Shown here in pieces: positions 55,262 through 64,000 of a stretch of 64,000 nucleotides of DNA. The notes below the pieces were generated by a model. The model made no database searches and was not told where the DNA came from. It was given only the letters and a program-made list of their open reading frames with translations. The stretch is from assembly GCA_965216605.1 (NCBI GenBank), contig CBDCGG010000002.1:519871-583870 (forward strand). The letters run 5' to 3'. The translations under genes were made by a program, and so were the position numbers. The stretch's first letter is position 1; every line of letters begins with the position of its first letter. This DNA comes from Alphaproteobacteria bacterium (GTDB taxonomy: Bacteria > Pseudomonadota > Alphaproteobacteria > JABAAW01).

Positions 55262-57080
55262 TTGGAGGAACACACCATGCAAAAGGATGAAAGGAGTTTG
55301 CGATGGCGATGGCTATGGCGATGGCGATTCAAATGGCGATGCCCGAAAAAATTGTCACGCTACCTGTGCCTAACCTTGTGGTTGGGTTATGGAATCTTGG
55401 GAACCCTAACTTGCACGCCGGCAAAGGCGCAGCAACCCGTTGATAGCGATAGCGCAGAGGAGACAGAAAAACGCTTTCGCTGGACAACTACGGGCAAGGT
55501 CTACCTACGCTACGGCGGCATTCGACCTCCGCAACCGACCAATCTGTTCGGCTTTAAACACGATGACGAAAGTGAGAATTATTTGCTAACGGAAGATGAA
55601 CGCAGAAGTTTTTTTCAATCTTACAACGCGCCTTCGTTAGAGACTGGCGATATTGGCTTGGATCTCTACGAGCTGCTTTTGGGGTTTGAGGCAAGCTCTG
55701 CCAAGGACAAGAAGTGGCAGGGCAAGGCACACGCGACGCTGGATGTTTTTGAACTGGGCGCGCGGCTTTCCGGCAACGACTGGGGTGGCAGGCTTGTTCA
55801 AGCCGACGACTTCGATTCGGTCGGTGTGCGCGAAGCCTTTCTCTCGCTCTCTCGTAAGAAGGTGGGCGAGTTGCGCCTCGGTATCACGGAGGGGGTGGTG
55901 CGAAGGTTGGACGCGGGCGCGAGCGAAATCAATGCGGGCAACGGATTCTTCGGCGATGTTTCACGAACGCCATGGCATATCCAACAGCTGGGTTGGCAGC
56001 TGGGAAGCACCGCGAGCGATAACTTCCCTAAAGTTCAATACCTTACCCCCAAGTTTGGCGGCGTATCCATCGGCGCAGAGTGGTTTTCCAACCTGCGCAC
56101 GCCCGACAACAACCTCAAGTCCTTCTCCCGCGACAGCTCCTCCTTCTGCTTTCCATCCCTCTTCTACGCCAAAGACAAAAAACTCTTTGAACCCAACTAT
56201 CCTTCCCAATTCACCCTGTACGACAATACACAAGCACAGTTTGGTCATGATGGTGATGGTGGATGTTAATTACTATCTACAGACGAATCTCCAGCCTGAT
56301 CTATCGCGTGATTCTAAGCTTGACCCTGGTTGCTGGCAAATCTCGCCTAGCGGCTCTTCTTGGCACGAAGACGCGCGCCCTTCGGTCATGGGCGGCAATG
56401 TCGCCATTGCCTACGAAAAGGATTTCCCTAAAAAAAAGCTGTCGCTGAAACTCGCCGCGCGCTACGGCATCCGTTCTTCCGAAGCCGAGGCTGTAGAATC
56501 CAACGATATTCTAAAAAGACTCTTTGTTTTTGAGAGTAAGGGTATGCATGAGAAAGCATCGCTAGATATTAACCACAAGGCAAGCCTGCTGGAACAGGCT
56601 GTGGGCTTCAGCACGGGGTTGGTTTGGCGCGGTTATAGCTTTTTCGGCGGCGTCACCTATCAATTTCCTAGCTCCATCCGCTTAGAAGAGGCGGGGGGAG
56701 AAACCCTTTCGGAAAAAGGTGCCGAGGCTCTTTTGTGGTCTGTCGGCATCAAGGCGGCGCAATTGATTCCGCACAAAAAAGGCGACGATGGTAAGCGTAA
56801 GAAAAAAGGAACGCTTTCGGTATCCTTCACGCAAGCCCTGACAAAAGACCCGCGCTACAAGGAAGGCGAGCAAGAGACAACCTTTTTACTCAATGTGCAA
56901 AGCCTCTACCCCATCACAAAAAACATCGTCGTCACCACCGACTACTGGTACGGCGAGGCAGCCGTTTCCGTGCCTTTCTTCGTAACTACAAAGATTTATC
57001 CCAGCCAAGGCGTTCTTTTCTTTGAACGAAGGCTTGTGCCAAGCCACGAGGTCGTCGTCGGCTTGAAGATGGTGTTCTGA
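55262..57080 (+). pseudogene. Outer-membrane beta-barrel porin-like gene split by an apparent +1 frameshift near 56255-56268
   Basis: Frame A (55262-56269) carries the signal peptide and the first half, ending 'FGHDGDGGC*'. Frame B continues 'VDVNYYLQTNL...' to the C-terminal '...VGLKMVF' (terminal Phe, typical of OMPs). Removing one G in the GGTGG run restores 'HDGDGDVNYY'. Confidence 0.5.
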
Positions 57081-57094
57081 CAAATGGGGAGGAG

Positions 57095-58216
57095 CTAGGG
57101 AGGCTGCGGAGCAAAAGCCTGCAACACCTTGAACTTTTCTCCCATCGCATCGCTGTCGGTCAAGCGACGCTCGACCTTTTGCGCTCCCCAAGATGGCGAA
57201 CAGCTAGAGACCGCCGCGCTCACCACACCCGCCCCGTGCAAGAAGTCGCGCTGGGTTTGCAACCCACACTCGCCGCCCTCCCCCAAACTTGAGGCAAAGG
57301 TTTTCAACAGCGCGTCGAAATCCACCTCTGCGCTGAGGTCGCACGCGCCAATATGCGTGAGCGGATCTACCGCCTTATGTCGGTAAAAAGCCTGCAGACT
57401 GCCCGCACGAGGAGCAAACTCTTGTGCCGAATAACCGTAATCGCAAACAAAGGCTGCTCCGCCGTTTTCTGCCAAGCTCCCTGCCACCGTCGCCGCCAAA
57501 AACTGCGCACGCGGCGATATCTCTATAATACGCTCCTCATCCGACCTTGACGCAAAAGCTGGCACAGGAGCTGGCACAGGAGCTGGCAGAGGAGCTGGCT
57601 CTCCGCGCACGAATCGCAATGCCGCCCCGCCTCTCTCCTCGTCGAGCGCGATGCGCCGTGTGAATGTTCCTCGCTCGTTTTGCAAGAACTGGCGTATCGG
57701 CAGCGCGTCGAAGAACTCGTTTGCAAAAAACAGCCACCTTCCCTGCGGCACTTCTTCCAGCGTCTCAAAGACTTTCAGCTCCCGTATACCAAAGGACGAG
57801 ATTTTTTGCGCCAAATCCTCCGCCGCACCCTCGCGAATCTCAACCACATGCACCGCCATCCCCTCCAGACTTTCAGGGGCGAGCTTGCGCATCACCCCCA
57901 ATACATCCCCCAAAAGCTCAAACCCCCCCGACCCCGCCTCAACTAGCATGACCTCACGCGGACAGCCCAAACGATGCCAGCACGCAACAAGCCAACTCCC
58001 CACCGCAACCCCCAACGCGCTGCCCAACATCGGTGCGGTGATAAAATCCTCGCCAAGTCGCGCGCGACGATAGTAACCAAATCTTCCCGAAAGACAATGC
58101 GCCATATACTCCTCTAGCGTCAAAGCACCAAAACGGCGCAAACGCGAAAACAACGCGCGCTCGCAACTAGAGGCTAAAGACGCTTGAGGCAAAACTTGAG
58201 CTGATGCTTGAAGCAA
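57095..58216 (-). CDS. MidA/NDUFAF7-family class I SAM-dependent methyltransferase (COG1565)
   Basis: 'RFGYYRRARLGEDFITAPMLGSALGVAVGSW' and 'MLVEAGSGGFEL' match the DUF185/MidA family. It contains an internal 12-nt tandem repeat (PAPVPAPVPA). Confidence 0.6.
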   Translation of the reverse strand: MLQASAQVLPQASLASSCERALFSRLRRFGALTLEEYMAHCLSGRFGYYRRARLGEDFITAPMLGSALGVAVGSWLVACWHRLGCPREVMLVEAGSGGFELLGDVLGVMRKLAPESLEGMAVHVVEIREGAAEDLAQKISSFGIRELKVFETLEEVPQGRWLFFANEFFDALPIRQFLQNERGTFTRRIALDEERGGAALRFVRGEPAPLPAPVPAPVPAFASRSDEERIIEISPRAQFLAATVAGSLAENGGAAFVCDYGYSAQEFAPRAGSLQAFYRHKAVDPLTHIGACDLSAEVDFDALLKTFASSLGEGGECGLQTQRDFLHGAGVVSAAVSSCSPSWGAQKVERRLTDSDAMGEKFKVLQAFAPQPP

Positions 58217-58267
58217 ATTTTAAGACGCTTGAAGCAAAGCTTTAAGCAAAACCCCGCTCCCCTTTGC

Positions 58268-59119
58268 TTACCGATGCAACGCTTGCCGCGCTGCTTTTGC
58301 TCGTAGCGAATAAACTAACAGAGCCACGCCGCACAGGAAAAATACCGTCGAAAGCAACTGCCCCTGCGACACAAACCCGAACAACAAGCCCAAGTGCGCG
58401 TCAGGCTCGCGGAAGAACTCGACCGTAAAACGCATCGATGCATAGCCCGCCGTGCACAAACCCGTCACCGCCCCCGCAAAACGCAACAAGCCGAACACGC
58501 GCGCTGCCAGCAACAACAGCAGAAACAACACAATCCCCTCCAAAAACGCCTCGTAGAGCTGGCTGGGATGGCGCGGCAGAGCGTCAACATGAGGAAAAAT
58601 CACCGCCCACGCCACAGAAGTCGGACGTCCCCAAAGCTCGCCGTTCGCAAAGTTGGCAAGTCTGCCGAAAAAAAGCGCACAAGGTGCTGCCAAGCATATC
58701 AAATCCGAAAAACTCCAAACTAGCAAACCTCTCCGACGACAGTACCACCACAACCCCAAAAACAAACCAATAGCACCGCCGTGAAAGGACATGCCGCCCT
58801 CCCATATCTTAAAAATATCCAGCGGGTTAGCGAAAAAATAAAACGGCTTGTAAAAAACGACATACCCCAACCTGCCCCCTAATAGCACTCCCCAGACGCT
58901 CCAAGAAAACACTTCAAAAAAGTATTCATTCTTGAGCGGCTGCTTCCGCCAGCCGTTGAAAAAACACGCCAGCGAAAGCGTCGCAACAAAACCCAAAATA
59001 TAGGCGAGCGCATACCAGCGTATCGTCAGAGGACCTAGCGAAAACGCGATAGGGTCGATGTTCGGAAAAATATAAGGACCAGAAAAAGGAAAAAATGACA
59101 CGATGCTTCCTCCGCACAA
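58268..59119 (-). CDS. lgt: Prolipoprotein diacylglyceryl transferase Lgt
   Basis: It has 'IDPIAFSLGPLTIRWYALAYILG' and the Lgt signature 'HGGAIGLFLGLWWYCRRRG...FFGRLANFANGELWGRPT'. Confidence 0.85.
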   Translation of the reverse strand: MCGGSIVSFFPFSGPYIFPNIDPIAFSLGPLTIRWYALAYILGFVATLSLACFFNGWRKQPLKNEYFFEVFSWSVWGVLLGGRLGYVVFYKPFYFFANPLDIFKIWEGGMSFHGGAIGLFLGLWWYCRRRGLLVWSFSDLICLAAPCALFFGRLANFANGELWGRPTSVAWAVIFPHVDALPRHPSQLYEAFLEGIVLFLLLLLAARVFGLLRFAGAVTGLCTAGYASMRFTVEFFREPDAHLGLLFGFVSQGQLLSTVFFLCGVALLVYSLRAKAARQALHR

Positions 59120-59222
59120 AAAGGGTTTGTTGTATTAGTTTGTTTGCGAAAGTGTCGCACAAAATCTATACTCTGTCCTGCCTTCGTCTCAGTGTTTATG
59201 ATGTTCTACGCATCCCAGTTCT

Positions 59223-59708
59223 ATGGCGCAAAACTCACAAGAAAACTTGCAACAAGAAGATTTGCCAGAAGCCTCGCTGTCCGAGCGCGCACAACGCTGT
59301 CTGGAAGACTTGGCATCCAGCCTTGTGCGTCCGACGCTGCAACGCCGTGCGATCGTTGCGCACATTTTCCAAAGCGATGCGCGCCACTTCTCCGCCGAGC
59401 GTCTGCACGCCGAGCTGCGGGCGCAGCAATGCTGTATGTCGCTCGCCACCGTCTACAACACGCTCCATTTACTCACGCGCCAGTGCTGGCTGAAAGAGAT
59501 CGTGCTGGAAAAAGGGCTCACCCTTTTCGACAGCAATGTCTCGTTTCACCACCACCTCTACAATGTCGAAACGCAGGAGCTCGAAGATATCGAAGCCGTG
59601 CCGATCGGCACCCTGCCGCCGCTGCCTTATGGACTTAGCGTGGAGCGCGTCGAGGTGGTCGTGCGTGTGCGCTCTTCGAAAAACGCCGAGCGCAAAAATA
59701 ACGCTTGA
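59223..59708 (+). CDS. Fur-family transcriptional regulator, probably Irr-like (HHH motif)
   Basis: It has the winged-helix 'SAERLHAELRAQQCCMSLATVYNTLHLL' and an 'SFHHHLY' triple-His motif resembling the Irr heme-regulatory HxH. It lacks the C-terminal Cys pairs of Fur/Zur. Confidence 0.55.
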   Translation: MAQNSQENLQQEDLPEASLSERAQRCLEDLASSLVRPTLQRRAIVAHIFQSDARHFSAERLHAELRAQQCCMSLATVYNTLHLLTRQCWLKEIVLEKGLTLFDSNVSFHHHLYNVETQELEDIEAVPIGTLPPLPYGLSVERVEVVVRVRSSKNAERKNNA

Positions 59709-60387
59709 AAGGCTCGCGTTCTCTAAGGGCGTAAAGATCCTCGAAAGAGCCGTCGAAACAAATCTGCTCGTTCGACAAAAAAAGCGAGCGATCCGTAAAA
59801 AAAGATGCCTCCTGCGGTGCATGCGTCGTGATGATGGCGCAACGGTTCTGCCGCTCCACAAGAAAGCGCAAGCGCTCAAACATCTCCAGCCGCCGCCCTG
59901 GGTCGAGCGCGCTGAACGGCTCGTCCAACAACAAAACTCGATTGTCCTTCTGTAACCACAGCCGTGCCAAGGCTGCCAGTTGCGCCTGCCCGAAGGAAAC
60001 CTCGTCAGGATAGCGCGCTTGCAAGGCGCTCAGTCCCATCGTCGAGAGCGCCCCTTCAACCTCCCTTTGAGCCTCAAACCTTCGTCCCCTACCCTCGTCG
60101 CAAGCCAGCGCGACATTCTCGTAGAGCGTCAGGTGCGGAAACAACACGCGCTGCTGAAACAAACTCGCCGTCGGACGCTGCTTTGAGGACAACGCGCCTA
60201 CAGAAATGCCATCGATCACAATGTCACCGCCGCAACTAGGATGAAAGCCCGCGATGCTTTGCAAAATCGTCGTCTTGCCGCTACCGCTCTCGCCGATCAG
60301 CTGCGCGATCTCGCCGCGCGCAAGAGAAAAGGAAACGCGCCACACCCGATCGCCATAAACAAAAGACATGTCTCTGACCTCAAGCAT
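59635..60387 (-). CDS. thiQ: Thiamine ABC transporter ATP-binding protein ThiQ-like (degenerate ABC signature motif)
   Basis: It has Walker A 'GESGSGKTT', 'RPTASLFQ' and 'LLLDEPFSALDP', which is identical to E. coli ThiQ. The signature motif reads 'VSFGQAQ' instead of LSGGQ. The start is at the internal Met (MLEVRD) just after the thiP stop; the track ORF begins at 60474 with GTG. Confidence 0.65.
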   Translation of the reverse strand: MLEVRDMSFVYGDRVWRVSFSLARGEIAQLIGESGSGKTTILQSIAGFHPSCGGDIVIDGISVGALSSKQRPTASLFQQRVLFPHLTLYENVALACDEGRGRRFEAQREVEGALSTMGLSALQARYPDEVSFGQAQLAALARLWLQKDNRVLLLDEPFSALDPGRRLEMFERLRFLVERQNRCAIITTHAPQEASFFTDRSLFLSNEQICFDGSFEDLYALREREPFKRYFCARRFSKSAHARPPRRAPR

Positions 60388-62182
60388 TTTGTCCTCGTTG
60401 CCTTGTAACACCTTGAAATTTTTGCGAAAAAAGACGAAAAACCAAAAAGTACAAAAGCACCAAAACAGAAACACAAACGCTCGCTTCCTGCCAGCGATAG
60501 CGACCCATCAGAAGGTAGGCGAGGTAAGGGAGCGTCTTGAGCTCGTCTCTGCCGAAGAGGGCGACGGCAGAAAGATCGCCGAGCGAAAAGCAGAAGGCGC
60601 ACGCCAACCCCGCCTTGAGACTTTTCGCAACGGCAGGTTTGTCAATTCTTCGCCATCGCCGCCACGGTGAAAGCCTCAGATCGTCCCACAGGTGTGCGCT
60701 GTCACGTGCAAGCGCGAAGAAAGCGTCGGCAAAAAAGCGGAGGACGATGGGCAGCGCGAGCATGCCGTTGATCGCAACAAGGCAGAGGAAGACTACAGGC
60801 AAAGGGAAGGCTTGGTAGAGAGCCGTCGTATGCAGGAGCAGGAAGAGGGCTGTGGCGATGACGACGGGGGAGAGGGCGAGCAGCGGATAGGCGGCAAGCG
60901 TGAGTAAAATCTTCGGCAGGACGGCATTTTTTTTGGCAAACATTCCTTCACGCACGCTCCACAGCAGAGGCACGGCGACGAGACAGCAGACGAGCGCAGA
61001 GCAGGCTCCCAACGCGAGGCTTGCCAGCAGAGCATCCAGAAAGACGGCTTCCGTAAGAATCGCAAACCCCTCAAATATATTTTGCTGGGAAACTCCTTGT
61101 TGAGCGATTCCCTGCACGATTCCCCACATAATTCCTTTGCCAACGACGAGCAGCGGCAGGAGCAAAATAGCGAGGGTGGCGAGGTCTCCGAGAAATCTCA
61201 CCGAGCGCGGCAGAAGTTGTTCCGCAAGCTGTGCCATGGGCTGTGCCATGGAGTGCGTCATGGTATGGGGAGTAGGGGGGGAAGATTGCGAGGCAACACG
61301 CGCAGAAGGCAATAGTCTCTGCCACGCGGCGGGGGCGAGCAGAAAGAGGGCTACGAAGGAGAGGAGGACTTGCAGCAAGGAGAGAAAGGCAGCGCGCGCG
61401 GGGTCAAAGTCGACGCGCACCGCCTCGAAGACGGCGAGCGGCAGGGTTGTCGCGCGCGGTCCTCCGCCGAGCATGAGCACGACGGTGAAACTCGTGAGAC
61501 ACAAGATGAAGACGAGTGCCGCCAATCCTCCGAGCGCGGGTTTCAAACAGGGCAATAGGACATGGCGCAAGGTTTGGGGAAAAGAGAATCGCAAGTCGGC
61601 AGCGAGCCGCAAGGGGACGCAACCCACAGCTTGAAGTCGCTGCAAGCATACATAGGCGACCAACGGAGCGTTGTAGAAAACATGGGCTACGACGATTCCT
61701 CCAAGCCCGTAGAGACTTTCGAAAAGGCGGCGTGAAAAAAGCGCGAGCGTGATCTTGTTGAGAACTCCGTTGTAGCCGAACAGATCGACGATGCCGAAAA
61801 CAACGACAAGGGGAGGTAGAACAAAGCAGAGGACGAGCGAATCGAGCAGAAAATCCGAATTTCTTGTCTTGAGCTTTCTTGTCTTGAGGTTTTTTGTTTT
61901 AAGGTTTCTTGTTTTGCCTACCCTACAAAGCAGGCTGAGGGCTATGAGCACTCCTACGACAAGACTTGCGAGGGTGGAGAATGTCGCCTGTTTCAGGGTA
62001 AACAGCGTGACATGCGAGAGGTATGGGTCTGCGTAGAGCTCGCGCAACGACCGCATGCTTGCGGCGGATTCAAGGTTGGGATCAAGGCTTTCGAGGTTGT
62101 ACAGCGTTCCAAAGACGAGGCTTGCCAACACGGCGATCCCCGGCATCGCGGCTGCCAAGCTCCAAAGCCACCATTTGGGCAT
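60380..62182 (-). CDS. thiP: Thiamine/iron(III)-type ABC transporter permease (ThiP-like, duplicated 6-TM domains)
   Basis: It is a 600-aa double-permease fusion with two EAA-like loops, located between the ThiB-like SBP and the ThiQ-like ATPase. Confidence 0.7.
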   Translation of the reverse strand: MPKWWLWSLAAAMPGIAVLASLVFGTLYNLESLDPNLESAASMRSLRELYADPYLSHVTLFTLKQATFSTLASLVVGVLIALSLLCRVGKTRNLKTKNLKTRKLKTRNSDFLLDSLVLCFVLPPLVVVFGIVDLFGYNGVLNKITLALFSRRLFESLYGLGGIVVAHVFYNAPLVAYVCLQRLQAVGCVPLRLAADLRFSFPQTLRHVLLPCLKPALGGLAALVFILCLTSFTVVLMLGGGPRATTLPLAVFEAVRVDFDPARAAFLSLLQVLLSFVALFLLAPAAWQRLLPSARVASQSSPPTPHTMTHSMAQPMAQLAEQLLPRSVRFLGDLATLAILLLPLLVVGKGIMWGIVQGIAQQGVSQQNIFEGFAILTEAVFLDALLASLALGACSALVCCLVAVPLLWSVREGMFAKKNAVLPKILLTLAAYPLLALSPVVIATALFLLLHTTALYQAFPLPVVFLCLVAINGMLALPIVLRFFADAFFALARDSAHLWDDLRLSPWRRWRRIDKPAVAKSLKAGLACAFCFSLGDLSAVALFGRDELKTLPYLAYLLMGRYRWQEASVCVSVLVLLYFLVFRLFSQKFQGVTRQRGQNA

Positions 62183-62230
62183 GCTGTTTGCGCCTAGAGG
62201 GGCAGGATCAGGGTTGGCGGAGGGGTGGGA

Positions 62231-63292
62231 TTAGAAGCCTGCGTTGCGCCATTCTGCAGTCCATGCTCGGCGATTTTGCAACACTGTCCCTGGGGGTATG
62301 GTGAGTGTGGGAATGCTTTTCATGCGCCCCCTGATAATGTCGAAGGCGGGGGGAGAAGGGACGTTTTGATCTTTGCCGAGAATCGGAAACATCCAGTTGC
62401 GCGTTGCCACAAGATTTTGCGCGGCGGGCGAGATGAGAAATCTGAGGAAATCTTTCGCCAAGTCGGGCTGTTGCGTTGTTTTGGCGATGGCGGCGAGTTC
62501 GATTTGCACGAATTGCCCTCTGGAAAAAAGCGCGGCTCGGTAGTTGGTGTTGTTTTCGACGAGCGTGTGATAGGCGGGGGAGGTTACATAGCTGAACACC
62601 ATATCGGCTTCGCCTTGCAAGAAAAGTCCGTAGGCTTCGCTCCAGCCTTTCGTTACGGTGACAACCTTGGGGAGGAGGCGTTGCCACGCTTCGGCGGCTC
62701 TGTTGCCGTAGACCTGCTTGACCCACAACAGCAATCCGAGCCCTGGCGAGCTTGTGCGCGGATCTTGGATGACGAGGCGCAGCGATGACCCCAGCAGCTC
62801 GGAGAACGACTGGGGAGGCAAGGGAACTTTTGTTCGGTCATAGACGAAGGCAAACCATCCGAAATCGAAAGGCACGAAGAACGAATCCGTCCACGGGACG
62901 GGCAGGTCGAAGAGGCGGCTGTAGTCTCTGCCGAGCCCGTGCGGACGAAAGAATTGTTTCGCTTCGGCGCTCATGTTGTTGTCGATACCGACAACAAGAT
63001 CGGCGGTGCTTTGGTTCCTTTCTACTTTCAGGGCGTTGAGAAGAACGCCGACATCTTCGAAAACGCGAAAGTCGATCGAGCAATCGCAACGTTCTTCGTA
63101 GAGCGGACGAAGGGCAGCGCCCAGCCCTCCGTCGGCGGCAAACGAGTCGTAGGTATAGATAGTGAGCGTTCTTTTCTGCGCCTGCGAGGGGTTGACGGTC
63201 AGTATTGTCAGCGCGAAGATTGTTGCAGCGAGGATTGTCGCCTTGAAGCTTCCTTCCCTCAGCGTTTGTGTTCCTGTGAACTTTCTTGTCAT
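62231..63292 (-). CDS. thiB: Thiamine-binding periplasmic protein ThiB (TbpA)-like
   Basis: It has a signal peptide and 'LTIYTYDSFAADGGLGAAL...ERCDCSIDFRVFEDVGVLLNALKVE...ADLVVGIDNN', paralleling E. coli TbpA 'LTVYTYDSFAADWGPGP...CNCELKLVALEDGVSLLNRL...ADVVLGLDNN'. Confidence 0.75.
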   Translation of the reverse strand: MTRKFTGTQTLREGSFKATILAATIFALTILTVNPSQAQKRTLTIYTYDSFAADGGLGAALRPLYEERCDCSIDFRVFEDVGVLLNALKVERNQSTADLVVGIDNNMSAEAKQFFRPHGLGRDYSRLFDLPVPWTDSFFVPFDFGWFAFVYDRTKVPLPPQSFSELLGSSLRLVIQDPRTSSPGLGLLLWVKQVYGNRAAEAWQRLLPKVVTVTKGWSEAYGLFLQGEADMVFSYVTSPAYHTLVENNTNYRAALFSRGQFVQIELAAIAKTTQQPDLAKDFLRFLISPAAQNLVATRNWMFPILGKDQNVPSPPAFDIIRGRMKSIPTLTIPPGTVLQNRRAWTAEWRNAGF

Positions 63293-63666
63293 CCTGACGG
63301 CAATGGAATTGTTTTGGGAACGATGGTGCGGCGGTAGGCTTCAAGGCAGTGTTCTTGGCAGTAGGGTCTTGTTTGGAAAGTGGGCTTTTCGCAAAAACGG
63401 AAATCGGCTTGGTCGGGGTGTCCGAAGGGCCACTGGCATTTTCTGCGAATCGGGGGCTTTTTCTGAGGCAGAATGTCTTTACCTGAAGATTTCGTTTTCG
63501 CGTTATTTCCAAAGACCCCAGACAATCCAAGGCGGTTGGCTTTGCCGATGACCGCGTTGCGGGTGAGGTCGCCGCCAATTTTGTAGGCGATATCGCGCGC
63601 ACTCACACCCTCGCGCCAGAGGGTTGTAAGGCGATGGGTGCGCTCAGGAGTCCATTCATACGGCAT
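63289..63666 (-). CDS. gcrA: Cell-cycle transcriptional regulator GcrA
   Basis: 'MPYEWTPERTHRLTTLWREGVSARDIAYKIGG.LTRNAVIGKANRLGLSG' matches the GcrA N-terminal DNA-binding domain. Its stop overlaps the thiB start. Confidence 0.7.
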   Translation of the reverse strand: MPYEWTPERTHRLTTLWREGVSARDIAYKIGGDLTRNAVIGKANRLGLSGVFGNNAKTKSSGKDILPQKKPPIRRKCQWPFGHPDQADFRFCEKPTFQTRPYCQEHCLEAYRRTIVPKTIPLPSG

Positions 63667-63821
63667 AGAGGGGTTGTAGCACGGGCAGCGCAAGACGACA
63701 AGCAAGACAGACAAGCAAGACCAGACAAGGAGGAGTAACTTAAGAAGGCGCGCCTTGAAGGAGGCGTTAAGCCCTTTGCCATCCGTTGCAATTTTTACCT
63801 CCCTCCCCTACCCTGCAACCC

Positions 63822-64000
63822 ATGAAACACGCTTCTCTGCCCGTCCGCCTTCTGCTTTCAACCGTCTGCCTCCTGCTTGCAACCGCTTGTGCAAACCCTC
63901 GTGCGACTCCTCCGCAAAATCATGCCTGCCCGCAAACCTTCGTCGCCCTTCCTTTCGCGCAACTCACCCTCATCGACGACCTGCTAGACACCCGAAACAT
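63822..64000 (+). CDS. Putative lipoprotein, N-terminal fragment (continues beyond window)
   Basis: It has 'MKHASLPVRLLLSTVCLLLATACANP' with a lipobox-like 'LLATAC', and it is open to the end of the window. Confidence 0.3.
   Translation, partial: MKHASLPVRLLLSTVCLLLATACANPRATPPQNHACPQTFVALPFAQLTLIDDLLDTRN

Overview
This is a roughly 60% GC chromosomal segment that looks alphaproteobacterial: it carries GcrA, HdaA, a ctaCDBGE cytochrome-c oxidase cluster, a Tol system, and NDUFA12-like and NDUFAF7/MidA-like homologs. Housekeeping content on both strands includes purK, a pseudouridine synthase, rsmD, purN-purM, B12-dependent RNR nrdJ, two MlaD-like genes, tRNA-Met(CAU), an EamA transporter, ribB, znuABC, olsB-olsA, an ArnT/PMT-family glycosyltransferase, tag, methylmalonyl-CoA epimerase, ppa, yebC, and ruvCAB-ybgC-tolQR-(tolA frameshifted)-tolB. 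The minus strand also carries mnmE, recR, a Sir2 deacylase, an apparently frameshifted porin, lgt, a Fur-family (Irr-like) regulator, thiBPQ and gcrA. The most unusual content lies between ctaC and ribB. Five tightly packed paralogous ~560-aa polytopic membrane-protein genes (22237-30701, minus strand) sit next to a complete decaprenyl-phosphate-arabinose-type pathway. That pathway is a DprE2-like SDR, a DprE1-like FAD oxidase, and a divergently transcribed Rv3806c-like UbiA-family phosphoribosyltransferase, arranged around a 6 x 17-bp tandem palindromic repeat. I infer the five paralogs are GT-C-type arabinofuranosyltransferases using a polyprenyl-P-arabinose donor; this is inference from context and topology, not demonstrated homology. 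Other notable features: a ~140-bp dispersed intergenic repeat family (3 copies), two low-GC paralogous SAM-methyltransferase genes inside the cta cluster, TTGAC-containing tandem repeat arrays flanking a small ORF upstream of ppa, a 10-bp tandem duplication that frameshifts tolA, no pal after tolB, and many low-complexity tandem-repeat insertions in conserved proteins. All functional calls come from motif recognition by eye; no database searches were run. In-line nucleotide coordinates derived by counting may be off by +/-1 in homopolymer runs.
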